Source: Candidatus Altiarchaeota archaeon
GTDB lineage: Archaea > Altiarchaeota > Altiarchaeia > IMC4 > QMZM01
Assembly (NCBI GenBank): GCA_038891095.1
Contig: JAWAEV010000006.1
Coordinates: 1 to 49,310, forward strand
Length of the DNA stretch: 49,310 nt
Direction: 5' to 3'
The notes beneath the pieces were generated by a model, which was given only the letters and a program-made list of their open reading frames with translations, did not search any database and was not told where the DNA came from. Below, in pieces: positions 1-9,095 of this stretch. Position numbers and translations under genes: made by a program. Position 1 is the first letter of the stretch, and each line of letters begins with the position of its first letter.

Positions 1-936
1 CTCTGAAAGCTCTTTGTTTTTAACAAAAAAATCATCAGTAAGAAGTAAAATTTCAATTGCTCCAAATTCAGATGCTTTCTCTACATCATTAAAGCCATAA
101 ATTCCAAATCCAGAATTTTTGCCTATCTCCTCAAGGAGTTTGCTAACATTTTTTACTTCCTCTGCTGAATTTACCTTTTCAGAAATTTTACTTATAACCT
201 CCTTTCTGAGAATTTCTCTCACAGCAGTTCTACCATAAGAATAACACTTTTCAAAGAAAATCTTGCTTTTCATATCAGGATATCTCATGATGAAAAAATT
301 GTAAAAATTCTCTGGCTCAAAACCTGGACCAGAAATCACAATTGCTGAGATGTTTTCCTTTTTAAAAAATTCATTTATAAATTCAGCAATTTCATTATAG
401 AACTCCTCCTGCCTTTCTTTCCTACCTTGCACATTATATTTCCCTCCAATTGATTTTGAAATGTCATAATAGAAAATTTTTGAGTCCCTTAGTAATGCAA
501 ATGTTGCATCTCCATAATCAATAACCACAATTAAAATTTTTGGTCTTAGTGAAGATTTTTCAGCTTCTTTAAGTCTTTGAATTTCAATTTCTGACCATTT
601 TTCCTTTACTATCTTTAAAGTTGAATCTTTTTGTACATTAAAAGTATGATAAGCTCCTTTAGCAACAATGTCCTCTGGACCATCAATTATTCTTCCAGAA
701 ATGCGCAAAATTTCATCTGTCTCGAATTCTATATTTTCAATTATTATACTAAGGGTAATAACTTCTCTAAAACTTTTTTCTCTTAGCGAATCCTCTTTTG
801 ACCTTACTCTCCTTTCAGTTTTTCCAGTTACTATGTCCCCCTTAGCTAAAATTCCGCTCAAGTACCACAAGTCATCTAAATTTTCTATTTTAACTTTTAC
901 AATACCTTTTTTTATGTTGCTATAAAGAATTTTCAT
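1..936 (-). CDS. pelA: mRNA surveillance/ribosome rescue protein pelota (aPelota), 3' end outside window
   Basis: Not in ORF track. Manual translation from ATG at 936: MKILYSNIKKGIVKVKIENLDDLWYLSGILAKGDIV...GAYHTFNV, later SGPGF and YG motifs typical of pelota/Dom34; appears open to position 1. Confidence 0.93.
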   Translation of the reverse strand, partial: MKILYSNIKKGIVKVKIENLDDLWYLSGILAKGDIVTGKTERRVRSKEDSLREKSFREVITLSIIIENIEFETDEILRISGRIIDGPEDIVAKGAYHTFNVQKDSTLKIVKEKWSEIEIQRLKEAEKSSLRPKILIVVIDYGDATFALLRDSKIFYYDISKSIGGKYNVQGRKERQEEFYNEIAEFINEFFKKENISAIVISGPGFEPENFYNFFIMRYPDMKSKIFFEKCYSYGRTAVREILRKEVISKISEKVNSAEEVKNVSKLLEEIGKNSGFGIYGFNDVEKASEFGAIEILLLTDDFFVKNKELSE

Positions 937-993
937 TCGCGTTAAGCATTAACAATCTACTTATTTATAGACTACAAAAGTAAATATCTTATC

Positions 994-1950
994 ATGTTTG
1001 ATGCAAATAAATTTATCCAGGAGAAAGTAAAAGAACTTAAAAATAGGATAAAAGATAATAATGCTATAATTGGCATCTCAGGTGGAGTTGATTCAACAAC
1101 ATCTGCAATTCTTGTAAATAAAGCAATCGGTAAAAATCTTTTATGCATACTTGTTGATACTGGCTTTATGAGAAAAAATGAAGTTGAACAAAATGAAAAA
1201 ATTCTTAAGAGTATTGGCTTAAATTTAAGAGTAGTTGATGCAAAGGAAAGATTCTATAAAAGTCTCAAAGGCATTACTGATCCGGAAAAAAAGAGAAAAA
1301 TCATAGGCGAACTTTTCATAAGAATTTTTGAGGAAATTGCAGAAAAAGAGAATGCAAAATTTTTTGTTCAGGGCACTATTGCTCCGGATTGGATAGAATC
1401 TGGCGGAGGACTTCGTGATAAAATAAAGTCACATCATAATGTTGCTGGTCTACCAAAGGATATTAAATTTGAGGTTGTTGAGCCTTTAAGAGACCTCTAT
1501 AAAGATGAAGTTCGCTTAGTTGCAAGAGAACTTTCTTTGCCAAAAGAAATTTATGAAAGACAACCATTTCCTGGCCCAGGTTTAGCAGTAAGGATTATTG
1601 GCGAAGCAACAAAAGAAAAAGCAGAAATTGTTAGAGAAGCTTCTGCGATAGTTGAAGAGGAAATTGAAAAAGCTGTAAGCGAGGGAAAAATTAAGAAACC
1701 ATGGCAATATTTCGCAGTTTTATTGCCTGTGAAAACAGTTGGAGTCCATGGTGATGTTAGAGCTTATGGTAATATTATAGCTGTAAGAATTGTTGATAGC
1801 ATTGATGCTATGTCAGCTGCATATTCAAAAATTCCTCATGAAATTTTGGAAAGGATTTCTATTAGGATCACAAATAACCTAAAGGACTCTATTACAAGAG
1901 TTGTTTTTGATATAACAAACAAGCCACCTGGGACGATTGAGTATGAGTAG
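994..1950 (+). CDS. guaAB: GMP synthase, ATP pyrophosphatase subunit B
   Basis: SGGVDS PP-loop, IKSHHNV, RQPFPGPGLAVR, KPPGTIEYE C-terminus. Confidence 0.97.
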   Translation: MFDANKFIQEKVKELKNRIKDNNAIIGISGGVDSTTSAILVNKAIGKNLLCILVDTGFMRKNEVEQNEKILKSIGLNLRVVDAKERFYKSLKGITDPEKKRKIIGELFIRIFEEIAEKENAKFFVQGTIAPDWIESGGGLRDKIKSHHNVAGLPKDIKFEVVEPLRDLYKDEVRLVARELSLPKEIYERQPFPGPGLAVRIIGEATKEKAEIVREASAIVEEEIEKAVSEGKIKKPWQYFAVLLPVKTVGVHGDVRAYGNIIAVRIVDSIDAMSAAYSKIPHEILERISIRITNNLKDSITRVVFDITNKPPGTIEYE

Positions 1951-1994
1951 ATAGGTAATATTTATGTAGCTATACATATAATGATATAGAAACA

Positions 1995-2483
1995 ATGGCT
2001 AATAACGAAAAATTGAGAGTTGATGAATCCCTATTGCCGAATTTACAATTAACTGGCGAAAAAATAGTTGGAGTTGCTTTCAGAAGGATAATCATCGAAG
2101 CTTGCAAGTTAACTGGTGAGAAAATAGCTGAGAAAATTTTAACTGGTGCAAATTATGAAGAAAAGTTAAGAAATATAGAACAGTACTTCAAAGAATGCGG
2201 TTTTGGAGATCTAAAAATAGAGGAATTTTCATTTGAAGAGAAAAAAGCTAAGATAAAACTTTTAAATAGTATCTTCCCAAAATATTACGCTAATACTAAA
2301 AGCAAAGGTACAGTGTGTTATGCAATTGTTGGCTTACTCTCAGGAATATTTTCAAAAATTTTCATGACAGAAGTTGAATGCAAAGAAGTTAAATGCGTTG
2401 CAAATAATGATCCAAACTGCGAGTTTATACTACTAACTAAAGGAGCAATAAATCGCTTAGAAGATTGGATAAAAAATTTCTAA
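1995..2483 (+). CDS. V4R (4-vinyl reductase) domain protein
   Basis: GFGDL..., C-x-x-x-x-GLLSG-x-F, EVKC-x-A-x-x-D-x-x-CEF signature. Confidence 0.85.
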   Translation: MANNEKLRVDESLLPNLQLTGEKIVGVAFRRIIIEACKLTGEKIAEKILTGANYEEKLRNIEQYFKECGFGDLKIEEFSFEEKKAKIKLLNSIFPKYYANTKSKGTVCYAIVGLLSGIFSKIFMTEVECKEVKCVANNDPNCEFILLTKGAINRLEDWIKNF

Positions 2484-2498
2484 CTTAGCTAAGTAAAA

Positions 2499-3281
2499 AT
2501 GTTAGAAATTAAAAAAATTTTAAAGGAGCATTTTACAATTTTCATCATAATATTTTTAATTTATGCATTGGGTGTGTACCTTGTGAGTGAGAAACCACTT
2601 TTCCAAGAGGTTAAGGAACTTGAGAAAACAGGTACATTATTTGGATTATCAATGAATGCAACTATTATTCTACTATGGATTTCTTTCTATTTACTATACA
2701 GATGGAATAAAACTAATAGAAAAAATTTAACAAATTTTATATGGGGAATTTCATTTCTGCTTTACAGCATAGTTTTCATTGGCATGATGCTTGAAGCTTT
2801 TGGGGTTGAGTGGGCAAATTCAAAAAGGCCAGAAATTTTCTTCATGTTTAGAGAATTTCAAATTCTCTGGGCAGCAGGTATGTACTTAGGAATTTCAAAA
2901 ATTTTAACAAAATCAAGAATTTTACAATTTTTGCCAACTATACTTATTTTAATTTTAGGTTATTCATGGTTTTATCATGGCCTTTTGAATGTTAAAGATA
3001 TAGAATATACAATGTATGGATTTCTTTATGGAATTTGGATTCCTCTTTGTGTTTTTTTAGGCTATTTATTTTTCCTTTATTCAAAGAGAAGCAAATTGAT
3101 TGCTCCAAAATATATAGCATTAGGTTTCATAGCAATAGCATTCACTTACACATATTGGGCACCATGGCATTTAACTAAATTTTACCTAATTTGTTTTTTC
3201 ACATATATTCTTGCATTAATACCTTTGCTAATTGGTTTTTTATTAATACCATATGAATCTAAAGCCAAAGGAATTGAGTAA
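2499..3281 (+). CDS. Polytopic membrane protein (7-8 TM), unknown function
   Basis: Repeated ~20 aa hydrophobic stretches over 260 aa, no soluble domain. Confidence 0.75.
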   Translation: MLEIKKILKEHFTIFIIIFLIYALGVYLVSEKPLFQEVKELEKTGTLFGLSMNATIILLWISFYLLYRWNKTNRKNLTNFIWGISFLLYSIVFIGMMLEAFGVEWANSKRPEIFFMFREFQILWAAGMYLGISKILTKSRILQFLPTILILILGYSWFYHGLLNVKDIEYTMYGFLYGIWIPLCVFLGYLFFLYSKRSKLIAPKYIALGFIAIAFTYTYWAPWHLTKFYLICFFTYILALIPLLIGFLLIPYESKAKGIE

Positions 3282-3342
3282 TCTAATTTCAATTTTAACT
3301 ACCAAATATAATATTTATACTGTTTTCAATTTTCTCAAAATA

Positions 3343-3900
3343 ATGAAAATTTATATTGTTGATAACGGCGGCCAATGGACTCATAGGGAGTTTAGAGTAG
3401 TAAGAGATCTTGGCTATGAAGCAAAAATTATACCGAATACAACACCTGTTAGCGAAATAGATGCAGACGCTCTCATTCTCAGTGGTGGAGCTCCAAGAAT
3501 CTCCTTTGAAGCGCCAAAACTTGGAAATTGTATAGACTATTTAGAAAAATTTTCTGGCCCAATACTTGGAATATGTGTTGGACATCAATTAATGGCAATT
3601 TTTCATGGCGGAAAAGCAGGTCCTGCAAAGATACCAGAATACGGATTAGCTAAAATTAAAATTTTAGAAAGAGATGATCTCTTTAGAGGAATAGAAAAAG
3701 AGGAATTTCTTGTATGGGAATCGCACAACGATGAAGTAAAAAAAGCCCCTGGATTTAAAATTTTAGCTAGTTCAGAAAATTGTAAAATCCAGGCAATGAA
3801 ACATGAAAAGAAAAAGCATTATGGCTTGCAATTTCATCCAGAAGTTAATAATACTGAGTATGGAGAAAAAATTATTGAAAACTTCATAAAAACAATATAA
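3343..3900 (+). CDS. guaAA: GMP synthase, glutamine amidotransferase subunit A
   Basis: DNGGQW, PILGICVGHQ (catalytic Cys), QFHPE; start moved to ATG 3343 (MKIYIVDNG) from the ORF-track start 3253, which overlaps the upstream gene. Confidence 0.96.
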   Translation: MKIYIVDNGGQWTHREFRVVRDLGYEAKIIPNTTPVSEIDADALILSGGAPRISFEAPKLGNCIDYLEKFSGPILGICVGHQLMAIFHGGKAGPAKIPEYGLAKIKILERDDLFRGIEKEEFLVWESHNDEVKKAPGFKILASSENCKIQAMKHEKKKHYGLQFHPEVNNTEYGEKIIENFIKTI

Positions 3901-3966
3901 AGCAATTCTTATGCGATTTCCTAGTTTTTTAGAAAGGTATCTGATATATAATCACATAGGATTAAA

Positions 3967-4467
3967 ATGGCAAAAAAAATCAATGAAAATACGGGAGATA
4001 TTGAAGATATGGAAAATGTTGAAATTAAAGAAAAACCTGAAGCGTCAGAAGCTAATGAGGCTTTAGAAGAAACTCAAGTTATTAGTGAGGAGGAAGAAGT
4101 TTTAGAAGAAGGTCTAGAGAGGGAGTATGCCTTTCCAATGGCACCTATAGTAAGAATTATGAAAGAAGAACTTGATAAGGACAAGATGATTCGTGCAAGA
4201 GTGAAAATAGAGATGAACAAATGGTTAGAACAATTGTGCAGGAGAATTGCAAGAAGAATGAACAGATCTGAATACACAATGGTTGAGTTAAGTGACTTTA
4301 GAACTGCAATTGAACCATATGAAAGAATTGACGATATTGAAATTGAAAAGGAGAGAATTATTGCAAGTCTGGAAAAGATAAAATATGATTGCGACTCATT
4401 AATAAGGGATGTTCAGCGAAAGTTTATCCCAATGGAGAAAGAGGAAGAATCTAACAAAAAAGAATAG
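3967..4467 (+). CDS. Histone-fold (NF-YB/HAP3-like) protein with acidic N-terminal tail and C-terminal coiled-coil helix
   Basis: FPMAPIVRIMK...IRARVK...TMVELSDF resembles the histone-fold LP-x-A-x-x-x-RIxK...TV-x-x-x-D pattern; long amphipathic C-terminal helix. Confidence 0.7.
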   Translation: MAKKINENTGDIEDMENVEIKEKPEASEANEALEETQVISEEEEVLEEGLEREYAFPMAPIVRIMKEELDKDKMIRARVKIEMNKWLEQLCRRIARRMNRSEYTMVELSDFRTAIEPYERIDDIEIEKERIIASLEKIKYDCDSLIRDVQRKFIPMEKEEESNKKE

Positions 4468-4477
4468 TTAGGTAGAA

Positions 4478-4885
4478 ATGAATTCCTATAAACAATTACT
4501 TGAAAGAGCATTTAGTAAAATTCCTGAGAAGTCAAAACCAACTGATAGATTTGAAATTCCAAGAGTAAATTTATTTATCGAAGGCAATCAAACAATTATA
4601 AAAAATTTCAATGATATCGTCTCAACTCTAAGAAGAGATCCAAAACATATATCAAGTTTTTTATCAAATGAATTGGCAGCGCCAGCATTAATTGATGGCA
4701 ATAGATTGATAATACAGAGAGTTTTAAAGGCACATATGATAGATCAAAAAATTGATTTATATGCCAAGGAATTTGTCCTCTGCAATGAATGTAAAAAGCC
4801 TGACACAAAGATAGCAGAACTTGAAAAAGAGAAGATAATAAAGTGTGAGGCATGTGGTGCATGGCGTCCATTGAGAAAAATTTAG
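4478..4885 (+). CDS. eif2b: Translation initiation factor aIF-2 beta subunit
   Basis: RFEIP, NF-x-x-I-x-x-x-L-x-R, CNECKKPDT...CEACGA zinc ribbon. Confidence 0.96.
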   Translation: MNSYKQLLERAFSKIPEKSKPTDRFEIPRVNLFIEGNQTIIKNFNDIVSTLRRDPKHISSFLSNELAAPALIDGNRLIIQRVLKAHMIDQKIDLYAKEFVLCNECKKPDTKIAELEKEKIIKCEACGAWRPLRKI

Positions 4886-4886
4886 T

Positions 4887-5183
4887 ATGAAAATTTATAT
4901 GAAGGTACATAAAGTTTCAAATGAAATAATACTTGCAGCTTGTGATGTAGAACTAATTGGAAAAAAAATTTCAGAAGGCGAATTAGAAATTGAAATAAAA
5001 AAAGAGTTCTATGGTGGTGAATTAAGAGATATAGAAGACCTTAAAAATGAAATTGAAGAAGCCACAATAGTTAACTTAATTGGAAATAAAGTTGTGGATT
5101 TTGCAATAAAAAACAATTTTGTTGATAAGAAAAATGTTCTGAAAATTGCAGATGTGAAGCATGCACAAATTATAGTTCTCTAA
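4887..5183 (+). CDS. DUF424 family protein
   Basis: AACD-x-ELIGK, FYGGE, NLIG motifs; usual neighbour of aIF-2beta. Confidence 0.88.
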   Translation: MKIYMKVHKVSNEIILAACDVELIGKKISEGELEIEIKKEFYGGELRDIEDLKNEIEEATIVNLIGNKVVDFAIKNNFVDKKNVLKIADVKHAQIIVL

Positions 5184-5187
5184 AAGA

Positions 5188-6195
5188 ATGAAAGACATTG
5201 AACTTCCAAGAAAAGTTGTTGTCGGTGAGAATGCAATCTTACAAATAAGGAATGTTGTTGAAGAACTTGGTTTAGGTGGTAGCTCACTTGTAATTGCTGA
5301 TGAAACAACAAAAGAAATCGCTGGCTATAAAATTCAAAAAGAGTTAAATGCAGAAATTTTCATTTTAAATCAAAATCCAGAGGAAGAAGTCAAAAAAATT
5401 CTTGAAAAAGTTTATAGTGAAAATATAAAATTTATAGTTGCTGTTGGTGGTGGAAGAGTTATTGATATTGCAAAGCTATCTTCATTCAAAGCAAAAATTC
5501 CTTTTATTAGTGTTCCGACAGCAGCATCACATGATGGCATAACTTCGCCGCAAGTTTCATTAAAGGGCGAAAAGCCAATATCTATAAGGGCAAAGCCACC
5601 TTTAGGAGTTATTGCAGATTTAACAATTTTAAGGAATGCACCTCAGAGATTGAATGCTTCCGGATGTGCTGATGTCATATCAAACTACACTGCTGTTCTT
5701 GACTGGAAGTTAGCTCATAAAGAATGTGGTGAGTACTATGGCGAGTATGCAGCAGCATTAGCAATGATGTCTGCAGAAATAGTAATGGCAAATGCTGCTC
5801 GTATAAAAGATGACATTTCTATTCTAATAGAAGCACTTATCTCCTCAGGAGTTGCAATTGGTATTGCTGGCTCTTCTAGGCCATGCTCCGGCTCAGAACA
5901 TCAATTTTCGCATGCTCTTGATATTATTGCTCCAAATCCTGCTTTACATGGAGAACAATGTGGCGTTGGTTGTATAATGATGGCCTACCTTCATAATGCA
6001 AATTGGTCCAAAGTAAGAAATTCTTTAAGAGCAATTGGTGCTCCGGTAAATGCTCGTGAATTAGGGATAGATGAAAAGTACATAATTCAAGCATTAGTTA
6101 TGGCGCATGAAATTCGTGATAGATACACTATACTAAAAGGCGGATTAACTGAGACAGAAGCAAAAAATCTTGCAAAAGCAACCTTAGTTATCTAA
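5188..6195 (+). CDS. egsA: sn-glycerol-1-phosphate dehydrogenase (archaeal lipid backbone)
   Basis: GGGRVIDIAK, PTAASHDG, SSRPCSGSEH, LHGEQ, RDRYTIL. Confidence 0.96.
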   Translation: MKDIELPRKVVVGENAILQIRNVVEELGLGGSSLVIADETTKEIAGYKIQKELNAEIFILNQNPEEEVKKILEKVYSENIKFIVAVGGGRVIDIAKLSSFKAKIPFISVPTAASHDGITSPQVSLKGEKPISIRAKPPLGVIADLTILRNAPQRLNASGCADVISNYTAVLDWKLAHKECGEYYGEYAAALAMMSAEIVMANAARIKDDISILIEALISSGVAIGIAGSSRPCSGSEHQFSHALDIIAPNPALHGEQCGVGCIMMAYLHNANWSKVRNSLRAIGAPVNARELGIDEKYIIQALVMAHEIRDRYTILKGGLTETEAKNLAKATLVI

Positions 6196-6201
6196 TGCAA
6201 A

Positions 6202-6621
6202 ATGAAAATTTTTACAAAAAAATTAAGTTTTCATATGAATGAAGAAGTTGATATAAAGGACATAACATCAGAAATTGAAAATTTTATTCAAGAAAAGAAA
6301 TTAAGGAATGGGTTTGCTGTTATCTTTTCAGTTGGCTCTACTGCCGCAATTTCAACAATGGAATACGAGCCTGGTTTAGTAAAAGATATCCAAAGAACAT
6401 TAGAAAGGATAGCTCCTTCTAACATTGATTATGAACATCATAAAACTTGGCATGATTATAATGGAAAAAGCCATGTAAGAGCAACACTTCTTGGACCAAG
6501 TCTGGTTGTCCCATTCATTGATTGTAAACTTATAACTGGAACATGGCAACAAATTGTTCTCATTAATTTAGACACAAGAGCAAGAGAGCGAGAAGTTGTG
6601 ATTCAAGTTATTGGTGAGTAA
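6202..6621 (+). CDS. YjbQ/UPF0047 family protein
   Basis: STA...EYEPGL, Y-x-H...NG-x-SH, GTWQQI motifs. Confidence 0.92.
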   Translation: MKIFTKKLSFHMNEEVDIKDITSEIENFIQEKKLRNGFAVIFSVGSTAAISTMEYEPGLVKDIQRTLERIAPSNIDYEHHKTWHDYNGKSHVRATLLGPSLVVPFIDCKLITGTWQQIVLINLDTRAREREVVIQVIGE

Positions 6622-6658
6622 ATTTATTTTTCAAAAAAATTTATATCAAATGTATAAT

Positions 6659-7174
6659 TCAATCAATTAATTTCAAAGCCAACTTTACTGCATCTTTTGC
6701 ATTCTTTACTGAGTAAACTTTCAGTTTTTCTTCGTCATCTTCAAATTTTTTTAATTCTGAAATTTTTTCTTTAATAATTTTTGTTGCACCACCAGTTTTT
6801 TCTATTAGTATGATAGGTTTTTTGTAATTTAATGCTAATGCTATCTCAGACAATGTTCCAATGCTGCCATCAATTGCTATTATAACATCAGATGCTGTAA
6901 CAACTAATAGATTTCTCCCATAGTTCAGAGAAGTGGTTATTGCAACATCCACATATTTATTAGCAGAATTTTTTTCAAGAGAAGGCAAAATACCAATTGT
7001 TAAACCATTAAATTTTTTTGCTCCTCTGCAAGAGGCTTCCATTACACCACCTCGACCACCACAAATTAAAATTGCATTGTTCTTAGCAATTTCAGCTCCA
7101 ACTTCTTCAGAGATTTTTTCTATCTTTCTCGGAATTTTGCCATCTCTGCCAATAACTCCTATATTAGGTTTCAT
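6659..7174 (-). CDS. LOG/SLOG family protein (TIGR00725-like)
   Basis: CGGRGGVMEA, GILP, RN, G-x-x-GTLSEIA. Confidence 0.9.
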   Translation of the reverse strand: MKPNIGVIGRDGKIPRKIEKISEEVGAEIAKNNAILICGGRGGVMEASCRGAKKFNGLTIGILPSLEKNSANKYVDVAITTSLNYGRNLLVVTASDVIIAIDGSIGTLSEIALALNYKKPIILIEKTGGATKIIKEKISELKKFEDDEEKLKVYSVKNAKDAVKLALKLID

Positions 7175-8090
7175 CTTTCAAAATTTGAGTCCCCGCTTCT
7201 CCTTTAAGTGCTTTTTTAATTTCATTTAAATGGCATATTATTGCTCTTTTACCATTACCTTCTAAAAAATTTATAGCTGCTTGAATTTTTGGTTTCATTG
7301 AGCCTTCAGAAAAGTGACCTTCTTGCAAATAACGCTTAGCTTCCTCTAAGGAAATTTTCTTAAGCTCTTTCTGATTTTCTTTTCCATAATTAATGCATGC
7401 ATATTTTACATCTGTTGCAATTAAAAGAATGTCAGCGTTTATATCTTGGGCTAATTTTGCACTTGCTAAATCTTTATCAATAACAGCTTCAATACCTTCA
7501 AATTTTCTATGCTCCTTTGTTACAGGGATGCCGCCACCACCACAAGCAATTACTATTATTCCAGAATTTAACATTGCTAAAATTTCATTCTTTTCAACAA
7601 TTTTCAATGGCAAAGGACTTGGAACAACTTTCCTATAACCCTTCTCAGTTTTTACAAAACCGGGCTTTTTTTCACTGAAAGTTGGGCCAATTGGTTTAGT
7701 TGGTCTTCTAAAAGCAGGATCATTTTCATCAACTTGAACATATGTTAACATAGTAGCTATCAACGGATTTTCTATACCCAAATTCATAAATTCATTGTCA
7801 AGAGAAACTTCGATCATATAACCAATTTGTCCTTGAGTCATTGCAACTAAAATTTCTAAAGGCATCTTTGGAATTTTTTTACTTTCACACTTCTCTTGCA
7901 TTAGTAGGAGATTTCCAACTTGTGGGCCATTACCATGAGTTATAACTATGCTATATTTTCCTTCAGAGAAAATTTCAACTATTTGTTTTGCAGGAATTTT
8001 CAAATTTTCAAGTTGCTCCTGAATAGTGCCTAATTGACCTTTTTTAATTAGTGCATTTCCACCAAGAGCAATAACCAACTTTTCTTTCAT
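7164..8090 (-). CDS. arcC: Carbamate kinase
   Basis: ALGGNAL, THGNGPQVG, PTKPIGP, GGGGIPV, EAVIDKD, GSMKPK. Confidence 0.96.
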   Translation of the reverse strand: MKEKLVIALGGNALIKKGQLGTIQEQLENLKIPAKQIVEIFSEGKYSIVITHGNGPQVGNLLLMQEKCESKKIPKMPLEILVAMTQGQIGYMIEVSLDNEFMNLGIENPLIATMLTYVQVDENDPAFRRPTKPIGPTFSEKKPGFVKTEKGYRKVVPSPLPLKIVEKNEILAMLNSGIIVIACGGGGIPVTKEHRKFEGIEAVIDKDLASAKLAQDINADILLIATDVKYACINYGKENQKELKKISLEEAKRYLQEGHFSEGSMKPKIQAAINFLEGNGKRAIICHLNEIKKALKGEAGTQILKDET

Positions 8091-9025
8091 AATCTTCCAA
8101 GAAGAAATAGCATTATAGCCTTTTGAATATGTAAACGATTTTCAGCCTGCTCAAAAATTATTGAATTTTTATGCTCAATTGCATCTCTTGTTATTTCATA
8201 ACCAACATGACATGGCATACAATGCATTATTTTAGCTTTAGGACAATATTTTTCTACAAGCTTTGAATTTAATTGATATGGTTTGAAAATTTTTACCCTT
8301 CTTTCATATTCTTTCTGATATTCCTTTTTTACCTTTCCATTTTCAAAGAATTCCATATCAAGCCATGTATCAGTATGCACATATTCTACATCTTTTAAAC
8401 CTTCCTCTAAATTCAAAGTTTTTTTGATCAAACCTGTTTCCTCTGCCATTCTATCTAATTCAGGATCAACACTTGGCTTATGAACTTCTGGTGTTATCAT
8501 TACAACTTCTATCCCCAATTTTGCACAAGCTAATTTTAATGTGTTAGAGACATTATTGCCTATGCCAAGCCATGCAATCTTCTTTATATTCTCAATTCCC
8601 TTAGAGAATTCTGCCATTGTTAGAATGTCTCCCAAAGCCTGACATGGATGGTATTTCTCACTGCAAGCATCAATCACAGGAATTCTATTAAATGAAGAAG
8701 CTAATATAACATCATCAGCCTTTAATGCTCTAAACATTAAAATATCACCAAAACGCATTATTGCTCTTATCTCATCTTTAAAGTCAGATAATGAAATTTG
8801 TGTTGTTCTCATATCTAAAAAAATTCCATGACCGCCAAGCTGAGTCATTGCAGCTTCAAAAGAGAGTCTTGTTCTTGTTGAAGTTTTTTGGAAGAGCATT
8901 ATAAGAGTTTTATTTTTTAAAGCATCAGAGTATCTCTCAGGATTTTTTTTAATTTCAATCGCTTTATTAACAACCTTTCTTATTTCATCAGCACTCCAGT
9001 CCTTTAAAGATATCAGATGTTTCAT
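8087..9025 (-). CDS. argF: Ornithine carbamoyltransferase-family transcarbamylase (divergent)
   Basis: STRTR, HPCQ, HCMP, QAENR; the SMG loop is replaced (DTWLDMEF), so substrate is not certain. Confidence 0.8.
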   Translation of the reverse strand: MKHLISLKDWSADEIRKVVNKAIEIKKNPERYSDALKNKTLIMLFQKTSTRTRLSFEAAMTQLGGHGIFLDMRTTQISLSDFKDEIRAIMRFGDILMFRALKADDVILASSFNRIPVIDACSEKYHPCQALGDILTMAEFSKGIENIKKIAWLGIGNNVSNTLKLACAKLGIEVVMITPEVHKPSVDPELDRMAEETGLIKKTLNLEEGLKDVEYVHTDTWLDMEFFENGKVKKEYQKEYERRVKIFKPYQLNSKLVEKYCPKAKIMHCMPCHVGYEITRDAIEHKNSIIFEQAENRLHIQKAIMLFLLGRL

Positions 9026-9095
9026 TTTTCCATAATAAATTAAATTTGTAAGATAAATATTACATCACTTTAAAGAATTTTAATTTATCTGGGAT

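Noticed and set aside
668-925. 85 aa plus-strand ORF
   Set aside because: Antisense shadow of pelota, which occupies 1-936 on the minus strand
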